Source: Naegleria gruberi
Lineage: Eukaryota
DNA length: 64,000 bases
NCBI GenBank assembly: GCA_000004985.1
Contig: GG738845.1
Strand: one strand, 5' to 3'
Part shown: in pieces, positions 52,521-63,279 of the stretch
How the letters are laid out: each line of letters opens with the position of its first letter
Numbering within the stretch: position 1 is the stretch's first letter
Notes under the pieces: model-generated
What the model saw: the letters and a program-made list of their open reading frames with translations, nothing else
What the model was told of the DNA's origin: nothing
Database searches by the model: none
Translations under genes and position numbers: made by a program

Positions 52521-55397
52521 TTATTGTTTGAGATCAGCATAATCTGGTACCTTAATCTCAAAAGATTTGGAAACTCCACACCCAAAAGTTTGCTCATATT
52601 CTTGGAGGGCATTGGGGAAGCTATTTGAAACATAACATCTCTGGCATAAATCCGTGCTTGTTGGTTCATGATGGAATCTTACCCCAATAATTGTTGTTTT
52701 GCAGCTGTCACATAAATACTCAAACACTATCAAGTTACTTTTGTCTAAGGTGGAATCTTTGTTAATGCAAAAATCACAATAAAACTTGAATTTTTCAACT
52801 TTGGATTGAAAAACAATTTGTGTAGAAATAGATCTTTTACACGTGTAACAAACTCCTACTTGAAGATCTTGATTTCTGTTATGAATAATTTTCAATTTTG
52901 TTCTCTTGGGGTTCTTGTTCACTATAATTAATTTTCTCTTTTTCTGGGAATATTCACCTAGTTGGGCAATTTGTTTCTTATCTTCAAGATTTGTTTCTAT
53001 TGGAAAGTCAGCTATATCTAATAGGTGCTTAGCTCGCTTAGATTCAAGAATTTGTTTGATTGGTTTAGGTTGAAAATCATTTACACTACTTAATTTGTTA
53101 TCTATTTTAGCACCATTCACATCACCAACAGAGAAAGGCAAAATCTCCTTGATATCATCAAGTCTTGATAATACATTTGTAGAATATTCCAAACAGTCTA
53201 CATCTCTACTTCGTAAGCAATTCTTGCAGTTACAGGCATCATTACATTTTGGGCATACCCAATTACAAACTCTTTTACAACCACAAAGAGTGAGCGCATA
53301 TCTATCCCATAAACATTGATTGCAGTAATTCAAATGACATTTAGAGCATTCAGAAAAAAGATAGTCCGACTTGTGAGTTTGACATTGATGACAAAATACC
53401 TCTGCATATGAATCTCTTTTCAACATTTGTAAATTGTTCCATGCTATTGTAGATATTGACACAGTGTTATTGGCATCTCTACTACAAAGAATCAACTTCT
53501 CTACATCAGACATATTGTTTACAGTAGGCCTATTTGAAAGGAGAGAAAATCTAAGGAATTCTTCTTTGGCTGTTTTAAAGTTGGCCTTTAGTTCTTCAAA
53601 GGTGATATGTTCCATAAGTTGAAGAGAGTCCTTATAAAGATATCCTCTTCCTTCCGCCACACAATCCATACATAAATCATAACCATCTTCAAATTCTTCA
53701 GCATGGAAGCATCTGTTAAAGATATCCCCTTTACAATGGTTACAATATCTCCTGTGCATTGAGCTGCGAGGTTCGGGAAGCTTTTTGGCAATGGTATCTT
53801 TGAAAGAGGGGGAATCTATTGATTCTTCGAATAAAATGTCATCAAAAACTCGAAGTAAAATTAAAAAATCATTGAAAAATCGTTTAGGGTCCTTTTCTAA
53901 ACTAATATTTTCTGAATTAAAAGCTTGTGCCTTTTTTGTATAGCTAATCATTGAATAGTACGTCACAGCTTTGATTCTATAAACTTGAGATTTTCCAAAT
54001 CGTCTGTATTCATCTAGAATCTCATAAGAATATGGAAGTGCTAGACATGAAAGTGTATTCCATGCTACTTTGATGCTTTTACCTCCCATATTCAATACCT
54101 GATGAGGAGAGCTTGGGGGAAGAAGTATGAGATCACCCCATTTTTGTTCGTACAAGTACACTGTAAATGGTGCTTTTGCTAAAATATGTATTGGCAAAAA
54201 GCAATTGTCATCATCTAAGAATGCACCGTTTTGTTGCCAAAATTTTCTAATCAAATCCAAATCTTCATACTTTAGAATGCACCATATTGCATGAGTTCTT
54301 TCATTATCAGCGTAAACCATAATGTTATGACCAAGGGCTCCACACACATCTTTGTGAGCAGGAGTGAATGTTTCACTATTACCAACATATATCATTAAAT
54401 TAATTGATTGTACTTTTCTTTCTGTATTGGCCAACAAATCTCTTCCACCTTTGTATTTGAATCTTTCAGGAAATCTTGGATTTTTAAATAAATATTCATG
54501 CCATTCGTCAGGACATCTAATATCTTTTCCATATAAGATTCTACGATCTGGAGCACGGATATTCTTGTCACTTTGTACAAAGTCTATATATTCCTTAAGA
54601 GACATACTTTCATCATCAAATGTCATGTTGTCTCTAGGTGATGTTTCGTATGATCCACAAACATCACGCAAATAATTCAAATGAAACAATGACATTTGTT
54701 TTTTCAAATACTGATCAATAAATGATTTCTTATCTGTTTCTAAGATAGACAAGTCCCTTTCCATGGCACCTTCAGCAAGTGCATGAAGGGCATTTGTTAG
54801 TACAATTGGTTTTCCCAATTTGTATAAATATAAATCTATAATATCATCGGTTGCCTCACTAAAATCAATTGTTTCTACTTGCTCGAAATTACTACACCCC
54901 AACTCTAACCATTGTTGAACACTTTTTGCCTTGTCAATGGTTTCCGTAATAGTCTCATCAAAGTTAAAGTCTAGTTTGACTTTATCAACACCTTTTCCGC
55001 ACATTCCTACTGGCTGGTTGTTGTCTTTTGTTACTTTCCTGCTTCCTTTTTTAGGTCCTCTCTTTTTTGCTTCCGTTGGTGGTGCTAAAACTTCTTCCAA
55101 TTCCTTCCTAGTTTTAGATCTTGTTTTTTGGACAATTAATTCTTCAGCATCAAAATCCTCCAAATCATAATCATCCTTTTTTGTTTGTTTTGCTGTTTTT
55201 TGTGTAGAACCTCTTCTGTACGCAAAATATCTTTTGTAACAAGAGTCACAAGATATTCCCAACGTGATTTGTTCTCTTGGTACTGTAGGATTACTTTCTC
55301 GGTATAATTCAATATTTTCACTTTTCACTTTGCATTTTCTACCAAACAACGTTTCACTTTCTGCCTGTCCACAAACCGAGCAGCAAATAGAGGACAT
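52521..55397 (-). CDS. JmjC-domain histone demethylase-like protein (KDM3/JMJD1-type) with N- and C-terminal Cys-rich fingers including a ZZ-like finger
   Basis: JmjC core ..TPAHKDVCGALGHNIMVYADNERTHAIWCIL...LPPSSPHQVLNMGGKSIKVAWN. Upstream C2HC4-like clusters (CNHCKGD..CMDC; CHQCQTH..CSKCH..CNQC...CPKC). C-terminal ..CDSCKTTIIGVRFHHEPTSTDLCQRCY (ZZ-like). True ATG is at 55397 (MSSICCSVCGQ), and the track start at 55622 lies upstream of it. Confidence 0.8.
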   Translation of the reverse strand: MSSICCSVCGQAESETLFGRKCKVKSENIELYRESNPTVPREQITLGISCDSCYKRYFAYRRGSTQKTAKQTKKDDYDLEDFDAEELIVQKTRSKTRKELEEVLAPPTEAKKRGPKKGSRKVTKDNNQPVGMCGKGVDKVKLDFNFDETITETIDKAKSVQQWLELGCSNFEQVETIDFSEATDDIIDLYLYKLGKPIVLTNALHALAEGAMERDLSILETDKKSFIDQYLKKQMSLFHLNYLRDVCGSYETSPRDNMTFDDESMSLKEYIDFVQSDKNIRAPDRRILYGKDIRCPDEWHEYLFKNPRFPERFKYKGGRDLLANTERKVQSINLMIYVGNSETFTPAHKDVCGALGHNIMVYADNERTHAIWCILKYEDLDLIRKFWQQNGAFLDDDNCFLPIHILAKAPFTVYLYEQKWGDLILLPPSSPHQVLNMGGKSIKVAWNTLSCLALPYSYEILDEYRRFGKSQVYRIKAVTYYSMISYTKKAQAFNSENISLEKDPKRFFNDFLILLRVFDDILFEESIDSPSFKDTIAKKLPEPRSSMHRRYCNHCKGDIFNRCFHAEEFEDGYDLCMDCVAEGRGYLYKDSLQLMEHITFEELKANFKTAKEEFLRFSLLSNRPTVNNMSDVEKLILCSRDANNTVSISTIAWNNLQMLKRDSYAEVFCHQCQTHKSDYLFSECSKCHLNYCNQCLWDRYALTLCGCKRVCNWVCPKCNDACNCKNCLRSRDVDCLEYSTNVLSRLDDIKEILPFSVGDVNGAKIDNKLSSVNDFQPKPIKQILESKRAKHLLDIADFPIETNLEDKKQIAQLGEYSQKKRKLIIVNKNPKRTKLKIIHNRNQDLQVGVCYTCKRSISTQIVFQSKVEKFKFYCDFCINKDSTLDKSNLIVFEYLCDSCKTTIIGVRFHHEPTSTDLCQRCYVSNSFPNALQEYEQTFGCGVSKSFEIKVPDYADLKQ

Positions 55398-55464
55398 AAT
55401 GGTATTTTTTTTTGATGTCTTAAAGCATCTGCCGCCAATGAAAAGTAAAATTCTACAATAAAAA

Positions 55465-57498
55465 ATGCCATCATCACGATCAGAAACCCCAACGGCAGAA
55501 CTAGAACCGACTGCAGATAGTGGTACAACGTTGGGCAATAATGACCATTTGTCTAGTGAAGAAATAACAAATACTGAATCTAATACAACAAAAGAAAAAA
55601 CAGTAATACAAGAAGACATCATTACCCCAACGGTAATAAAGGACTCGGTCTCTCAAATTGAGGAATCAATTTCTTCTATTAAAGTAAAAATAAGGGATGG
55701 ATCTAAACAAGTAACAAATGTCAAAATAGAAAGTGATATGGAAGAGAATAAGAGAAGACTAAAATATGATGTAAAAAAGGAAGAAATTCAACAAAAATTA
55801 AAAAGTGAGGCAATTGTAAGCGCAAAAAAGAATGCAGCTATTCAAATGAAATGGCCTTCATTATTTGAAAAGAAAAATCATCAAGCTTTAATGGATAAAA
55901 TCAGAGAGCAAGAGGAAATGTGTAAAAAAGTAATTGAGAGCAAAAATTCTCTTGTGATGGAATTATCAAATGAATTGAAAGCTAGAGATGAGGAGTATGT
56001 GAGAGCGCTTAAAAAACAAGCAAAGGATCTTGATACATTAATTGAAAGAATGAACAACCAAGTTAGAGAACTAACAGATCAATATAACCTTCAGCTAGAA
56101 AGAATTGAAACCTCATTTGAGAAAGAGAGAAAAGAAATGTTAAAGAAAAATCTTTCAGAGTTTGAAGGTATTGCTGAAGAGAGAAGCAAAAAAGAAGAAA
56201 ATTATGCACTTGGAAGAATTCAAAAAGTGGATGAGTATGAACAACAACTGAAGGTATTGGCAGACCAAGAAATGGAAAAGTATGCTAAAAAAAAGAAAGA
56301 TCTGCTGGACGAAATACACGAATATGAACAAGAAATTGACTCAATAAGGGGTGAATATCAGTTGATGGCGCAAAAACTTGAATACTATTTTGAAGTTCTT
56401 GTTGATAGAGTAGAGGATAACAAAGTAGCAGTGAGAAACAACAAGGGGATAATGGCAAAGTTGCAAGACCAATTAAGTGGAATTAAAGCTAAATATATTA
56501 GAGATGATAATAAGTATAAGGCAGAAAATAATGAAACAAGTGAACAATTCAAACGAATGAGTATACAGTACAAAGATTTGTTGCAAAAATTTAAATACTT
56601 TGAAGAAGCTGATACTAAGAAATACAGGGATATTTGGAAAATGAACCAAGAAATTGTAGAGGATTTGGCTGAAAAGTTAAAAAAAGCAGATGAAATAATA
56701 ACAACTCAACAATTAGGATTAAGATGGATCCCCCCTGAAGAAGAAACCAAAACAAATCAAGAAAAGGAAACTTTATTCTTGCAAGACACCACAAATAATT
56801 CAAATTTAGAGGCTTCTTTTTCAGAGTCTATTAGTGAATCTTCAAAGGAAACCGTAACAAATCCCAACTCTCCAGCAACAGAAACTGTTAGAGTTATTTT
56901 TGAATCTCTCTGTGATAGTGCTGGATTTCTTGTAGAAGAAAAAGTTGAGAAAATATTGTCTAAGCTGACAATGGAAGAATCAAAAATACTGAAAGTGGAC
57001 AATATTTTGAGAGTATTGGGGATAGATACACCCGAGGAAGCAACAAAGATGGTAAATTTTTTCCAAAGAGCAATTGAAGAAGAAAAAGGAACAGACTCAG
57101 AGCTGACAGTAGACAATATCTCCACAGAAATGATAATTAAAATATTGAGAAAGTTTGTGGAAGAGCAAAACAAGAAAGCTATTATGGAACAAAACGAAAC
57201 AGGACGAAAGAAAAAGGTGTTGTCAACTGTAGAGAAAGCTAAAGATAGAAAAAGAAAAGAAGAAAGAGAGTTTTGGAAGATAACTGCTCAAGTCATCCCA
57301 GAATCAAGATATAAAGTGTGGGGAGCCTTAGAAAGGGGATTAGAAAAATATGGAGAATCTCTTGCCAAAAGAGAAAAACTCATTACAGAAACTGAAATGA
57401 TCAGAAAACAGAATAATGAGTTGAGAGATTTGCTGAATCAATACATGCAACAAAAGATCAATGAGGAGCTTTTGGTTCCAGCTCAAAAATTATTTTAA
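55465..57498 (+). CDS. DRC1: Dynein regulatory complex subunit 1 (DRC1/CCDC164)
   Basis: [56 protein letters not shown] matches DRC1 [66 protein letters not shown] matches [28 protein letters not shown] matches ILMLLCDESGFLIESKL. The C-terminal [17 protein letters not shown] matches LNSKINSELQVPPTQVL. Confidence 0.8.
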   Translation: [677 protein letters not shown]

Positions 57499-57614
57499 CT
57501 TATTTGTAAATAACTTAATTCTATTATTTAATCACAATAGGTGACTTTTTCCTTCCTAAGATTTAAACAATAATTCCAGATTCTGTACCAATTAATTTTG
57601 ATAATTGTTTTCAA

Positions 57615-58145
57615 TTATTTTTTTTCTTCCTTCCACAAACCATTAGGTGTTAAAATAGGAATATTATTTGAAGTGGTATCAATCGGAATGTTTGTGTAGT
57701 CTGTATGGTGTCGGCTCATGTTTGGATCAAATCCCATTTTCTTCATCATTTCACGTTCTTGCATTATTTCTATAGGTGTTCTTGGTCTTGAAGAAGCATC
57801 GGTTCTTGTATTATTAATATGATTAGTAAACTGTTGTTGTACTTTTAATTGTTGTTGGTGGTATTTTTCTTGTATTTCATCAAGAGCCATTCTAGCATTT
57901 ACCAATGCTTGTGCTAGAATTTGTGGATCTTTCTCCTCCTTTGATGATTCAATTTCTTGTCTTGCAGAAAGTTTTATCATATCTCCCCACATTACTCCAC
58001 TTTCATCTTGCCAAGTAAATAATTTTGAAAACTTTAAAACTTCCTTGTATAATTTCAAAGTTTCCATCCTCCGAAAATTATCATTTAACAATCTCATTTT
58101 AAAAGTTGCATCATACTTTGGCATACGAGAGAAAAGACCAGACAT
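57615..58145 (-). CDS. Small LYR-motif-like protein (Complex1_LYR/LYRM-family candidate)
   Basis: 176 aa. The N-terminal ..FRRMETLKLYKEVLKFSKLF.. has the L-Y-K/R tripeptide in a helical context, as in LYRM proteins. The remainder is unconserved. Confidence 0.35.
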   Translation of the reverse strand: MSGLFSRMPKYDATFKMRLLNDNFRRMETLKLYKEVLKFSKLFTWQDESGVMWGDMIKLSARQEIESSKEEKDPQILAQALVNARMALDEIQEKYHQQQLKVQQQFTNHINNTRTDASSRPRTPIEIMQEREMMKKMGFDPNMSRHHTDYTNIPIDTTSNNIPILTPNGLWKEEKK

Positions 58146-58150
58146 TTTTT

Positions 58151-60989
58151 TTATTTGATTTTCTCCTTGCCAGGAAGTACTTGATTCTTTTTCACAAGTT
58201 TCTTCCTTCCAACACTATTTTCTGATTCTATCATCATCGTTTGAATGGAAATTAAATGATTAATATTTCTTAATATTGCATCTCTTAGAGAAGTATCTAT
58301 AGAAATGTTAGGAATTCTATCTAGACTTTTAACAACTGTTAACTTATCTTCAGATAACTGATCAATGAGAGACATAGTTAATCTGTTCACGGCTCTAACT
58401 CTTTCTGCTGTTCTTTTTAATTTTCTGGTTAGATAATTAACATTCTCTTCGTGGTTTTTTTCAATGAATGAAATATATTGATTGACCAATAGTTTACAGC
58501 AGTACTCAACAATAAACCCTCGAACATCTTCGGTTATGTAATGTCCAGAAAAATGGCTTAATCCATTAAGGATGCTAGAATAAGTTTCGTTCAAAATGCT
58601 CTTTTTTTCAACTTTAACTGGAACAATTCTCCTCTTGTTTTTCTTATTTGGAGGTTGGGATTGCGAATAATACTGTCCGAACCAGCCTTCATTTTCTTGA
58701 AGAAAACCATCTAAAAGGGATGTTACCTCGAGAGATATCTTATTCAAATATAATTCCAGTAACTTTCCAACTTCTCGTTTCATTCCATTAAGAATTGATT
58801 TTAAAGCAAAGAGCATATTATTGGAGGTAATAGTATGGTTTCCTACTGTGTCTAGAGAACTTTGAAACCCATATTCCGTTAACAGTGTATCTCCCCTCAA
58901 CACTTGAACGAAGTGATTAACCAGCTCCATCAAAACAAAGGTATCTGAACTGAGTAGAATAACTTCCAATTTCTTTTCTTTTGGCAATTTCAATTCCAAG
59001 GTTTTAGAATGAATAAAGTTAAGAGTAATTTCAAAAACGCTGTTAATCTCAAATCTATAAGAAATAATCCACTCAATAAGAGAAGTATTATTAGAATATT
59101 GTTGAAGACAGGATTTGTCGTCAACCTTCCCTAAAGATCTTCTTAAATCATTCAGGCTTTGTTTGGTTGAAATATCTTTTTCTTTCTTTTTTGGAAATAT
59201 TTGAAATAGAAGATGATAAATGGAAGGGAAATCCTCTTCTCTTGCCATCAATGAATTGACATTCTCGTTACTCATATAATTAAATACGCATAGATATTTT
59301 ATACTCTAGAAGAAATATGTAAAATGTGAATAGTATCTTACTTACATTGTACAGATATCTAAATAATGTAGTATTGCATTGAGGGGTGTTATCTTTTCTT
59401 TCTTCAATTGTTGAAGAAAGATTCTCCTTGTAAGTTTGTCTTCTAGACAATCTAATACACTCATGTACGCAATGATGAATTGGCTTTGCAACAACTTCTC
59501 CAACTTTTGTAATAGTGAATGGTTCAATTTCTCCACTTGGATTTGTGTGTGTGTTTTCTCCATTAATAATCATGGTAATTCTGCTGTTTAAATATTCAAT
59601 ATAGAATATACTCAAAGAATCCACATTCTTTTCCTCTAAAAAAGGAAAAGAGGTTTCTCCCATCTGAATAAAACCGACTTTCATATCCTCAATTTGATTA
59701 AGTGTACTATTGAAATCGTGCAAGTCATCACTTGTTGCGCTGTTTACTCTATCACAATCCAATTTAAATATATCCTTGATAGAGTCGACATCATCTTCTG
59801 ATTCTTTTTTGGTAAAAGAATTGGAATGATTGGAGAAAGAGGAGGCGTTAATATTGGCGTTTCTCTGCTGATAATTTTTCCTGTTTTCCCCAAGAATTTG
59901 ATTGTGAAGACTACTATAATATGGATTCATTAGATGACGAAGAGCTCCGCATGTTGAAAATGGTAAAGTCATAGAGGAAAATAACTTCTCCTTAATATAC
60001 TCAGTAACTCTGGATATGAAAACAAATTCATCTGATAAAATACTTTCTAAATACTGTTTACACTCCGTCCAAGTCATTTGAACAATTTTGTGAACTCGAA
60101 TTCTCGAAGAATTTACAGTCTCAAAGCTGTTTGGTTTTTTAGCAAAGGTGAAGTATTCCTTTTCCTTATTTCTATTTAAAGAGTTTTCTATTCTGGGAGA
60201 TGCTAACCTGGGAGAAAATCCTTGAGCTATAAAACTGGTATCCAATGGGTTTGACGGATCCACATTATCTAGTATGGACATTCTTTTAACTGGAATTCGT
60301 CCTTCAAGGTTATAAATTCTTTCCAATCTTACATCTGCAGATGTTTTCATCAATTCTTGAGCTGTTATTACAAAAGATTCTAAACACAGTTCAATACTGT
60401 CGAACTTTTCACAAAATGAATCATAATCAGATGAGAGAGAATATGCGTTTGATCTTAACTTGTGAAACCATGAATCTAAAAAGTATTGTCTCAATCTATT
60501 TAGTAATTGAAGAAACTCAATTGATATATAGTTCATATTATTAATTCTATCAAGTATTTTGTCTAATTGCGATTTAAACAAATCACTTGAATATTCATGT
60601 ATTGTTTCATAATCAGAGAGCACCTTATTCCAACTCTTTAAAACGACAACCTTAGCAGTCTCGAACCATCTTATTAATTTTTCATCAAAAATCTTAGAAT
60701 AAATATTTTGTATCATAATTTGCTCCTTTCTCAAATCCTCCATGCTTTGAACATCCAATATCATGAACGCTAACACTTTCCAAGCCTTCTTCAAAGGTTT
60801 TGCAATTTCCGCACAAGAAGAAAAAAATACATCCAAGAATGACAAATCCAATTTCAACGATGATCCAACACTTGAATTATTGTATAATTTTTCCATTTCA
60901 AAGAATTTTTGTAGGGTTTTTAATAAATTCTTTTGGAACATTAGTGATATCCTGTCCCTCTCATATTTTTGAGGGAGATCGTTGTGCAT
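58151..60989 (-). CDS. Large helical protein of unknown function (~930 aa). Two exons, approximately complement(join(58151..59305,59346..60989))
   Basis: Track ORF 59280..60989 reads through a minus-strand GTAAGT donor (..LFRYLYN|gtaagt). A 40-nt intron ending TTCTTCTAG joins in frame to SIKYLCVFNYMSNENV.., which continues ORF 58151..59275. There is no confident domain match. The all-alpha repeat-like character is possibly a CATCHR/exocyst-type fold. Confidence 0.5.
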
Positions 60990-61080
60990 TTTTTAACGTG
61001 TATTTTTTGAAAGTTGTACAAAATTGGCGGGATATTACGAAAGCCCAAAAGGGCTGTAAGGAAAATTAACATTTAAAAAA

Positions 61081-61566
61081 ATGTCAGTATATGTTGATGA
61101 GGATAGACTGGATCAAGGAACAATTTCATCCCAAGCTACTGTTAATGTCGCAAACAATATTGAGATCGATAATAAGATTGTTTCATATCAAGAAAAACGA
61201 GACACAATAATTTCAAAGATATTGTTCGCTCTCGGATTCTTCTTGCCTGCTATTTGGCTGATTAGTTTGGTATGGGCTAGAAAAACTAAATATAGAGAAG
61301 TATATAGATGGAGAAGATATTCTATCATTGCATTTTCATTGTTGGTGATAGTTCTCTTTTGTGTTGGTTGGATTGCTATCATTGTATTCTCCTTAATTCC
61401 ATATCCTGACCCAAGTAAATTTAATGATGTAATGGTTAAGTCAATGTACTTATATCCTGGGGAATTGATAGCAATAATTTGGGGATTTTTAATTCTTGGG
61501 GTGGTTAGTTATGAGTTTATTAAGGAAATGTATTGGAAAATTAAGAAACTCAAACAAAGAAAATAA
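61081..61566 (+). CDS. Small multipass membrane protein of unknown function
   Basis: 161 aa. A hydrophilic N-terminus is followed by three hydrophobic helices (ILFALGFFLPAIWLISLVW; IIAFSLLVIVLFCVGWIAIIVFSLI; LIAIIWGFLILGVVSY). ATG at 61081 is in an AAAAAAATG context. Confidence 0.45.
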   Translation: MSVYVDEDRLDQGTISSQATVNVANNIEIDNKIVSYQEKRDTIISKILFALGFFLPAIWLISLVWARKTKYREVYRWRRYSIIAFSLLVIVLFCVGWIAIIVFSLIPYPDPSKFNDVMVKSMYLYPGELIAIIWGFLILGVVSYEFIKEMYWKIKKLKQRK

Positions 61567-61734
61567 AACATTTATTTTTCTTTTTAAATTTTACCAACAT
61601 GGAATACTAATTCTTGTAATTAATATGGAGGTTTTTCTATTAAAATGTAAATTAAATTTTAAATTAAAATATCAATAAGAATTGCGTTATTAGGATCCTA
61701 GAAATTAGTCCTTTTACTCCACAATCTAAAATTA

Positions 61735-62046
61735 TTACCAAGAAGAAAATGAATGTAGATTTGAATAATAATTTGAAACAACCATCCTAAGAAATTCATT
61801 GTTATTTTCGTAGTAAACAGGCACAAGAGCATTTTGCCTTCTATTGATAGTGTTTTTGTAGTTTAGGGATTGTGGATGTTGTCGGAAGTTTTGATGATTG
61901 TATCCACGTTGAGAATGAACTGCTGGCATTGGTTGATGCTCTGGAACAAGATGATGTATAAGATTTGACAATCGTCTAATCACGTTAGCAGATTGGTGTG
62001 CTCGTGGAAACATACTCAAAGAAACCCTGTCAATGTCTTGCTGCAT
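61735..62046 (-). CDS. Small hypothetical ORF (103 aa), weakly supported
   Basis: True ATG at 62046. H/Q/N-rich, ending ..SFSSW. It lies in an otherwise unassigned 650-bp interval. No homology is recognised. Confidence 0.2.
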   Translation of the reverse strand: MQQDIDRVSLSMFPRAHQSANVIRRLSNLIHHLVPEHQPMPAVHSQRGYNHQNFRQHPQSLNYKNTINRRQNALVPVYYENNNEFLRMVVSNYYSNLHSFSSW

Positions 62047-62152
62047 TTTTTAATGTTGTGTTTCCTCTAAACTTTATGAACAACAGCAAAAAAATCGCGC
62101 CAAACATTAACGTTTCCCACTAAAAAAAACTACAGATTTAAGCAACTATTAA

Positions 62153-63220
62153 ATGATGAGAATTGCGATTAAAATTGAAGAAAATAATCCCAAAGAATGG
62201 TACACAAGTTATATTGTCAGAGTTCCAGAAATTAATTCGCTGGCAACAAAGGAATTATTGTGGAACCAATTATGTACATATATAAAAGATATTGAAAGGG
62301 ACGCAATAAGGAGACAGATAGGAGAGCAAATAATTTCGGAAACTGAAGTAAGTAGGTTGTAGATAATTGGAACTTATTAATACAATCTAAATTAAAGGAA
62401 CTACACAATGAATTAAAAAGTTTAATAGAAATTCTATTTGATTACCGTGGAGAAACACAGCAACAAGAAAGACAAGTTGAGTGGGCAAGGATGTCATTCA
62501 AGGGTGATACTATATTCAAACAGGTTAAATTAAACATTCAATCCCTAACTGAAATGCTTAAAAAAGTAAGTTGATTTTGTCATTTCAAGATCTCATCTTC
62601 AAAGCAACACGATAAGCTTTTTGAATCGGAAAGGGATAAAGAAATAGGTTTGTTTCTGAAGATTTTTCTATCTCTAAAATTGTTCAGTATCATTTGTTCT
62701 TAATAATTCAAAACCACCATCGAGACCAGAAACACCAAGACCATCCTCCAGACAATCTTCAAATTCCAGTGATGGTTCTGGATCATCTTCAACATTTTCT
62801 GCTGGGTTAGAAATGAAAGAAGTGGAAAAACATTTAAATTTCATTTCAGTGCACGAAGTATTGACAAATATCCGAGAGGCCATGCATTTTGAAAAGGATA
62901 TTTTGAATGAAGATATTGAGTATATAAGAGAATTAATTGATGAGGAATTTTCATTTAACAAATCTTTATGTGACTACAAAGTTCCAAGCTTTTCCGAAGT
63001 AAAACAAGTGGAAAACAAACTACAAGAGAATTTGAGGAATGTTTCAATTACCTCACAGACTGAAAAGAAAAGAGAACTTAAACCACTCTCCAAAGCAGAA
63101 CCTCCAACAAGACCAAAAACACCAATTTTAATATCTAATAATTTGAAAAAAACATCAAGCAGAACAGTAACAAGGCTGCGGAATGCAATAAGACAAAGCA
63201 AAGATCTGTCTATTGAATAA
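62153..63220 (+). CDS. Four-exon gene of unknown function. Approximately join(62153..62347,62398..62565,62590..62647,62688..63220)
   Basis: Phase-consistent junctions are GTAAGT..TTAAAG (~50 nt), GTAAGT..TTTCAAG (~24 nt, unusually short) and GTTTGT..TGTTCAG (~40 nt). The product (~315 aa) has helical N-terminal exons, a Ser/Pro-rich linker (PPSRPETPRPSS) and a helical C-terminal part (..MKEVEKHLNFISVHEVLTNIREAMHFEKD..). Confidence 0.5.
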
Positions 63221-63279
63221 AAATAAAATTAAAAAATAAGATAAAAAAAAATTCATCACAAACAATTACTGTGAGCATA

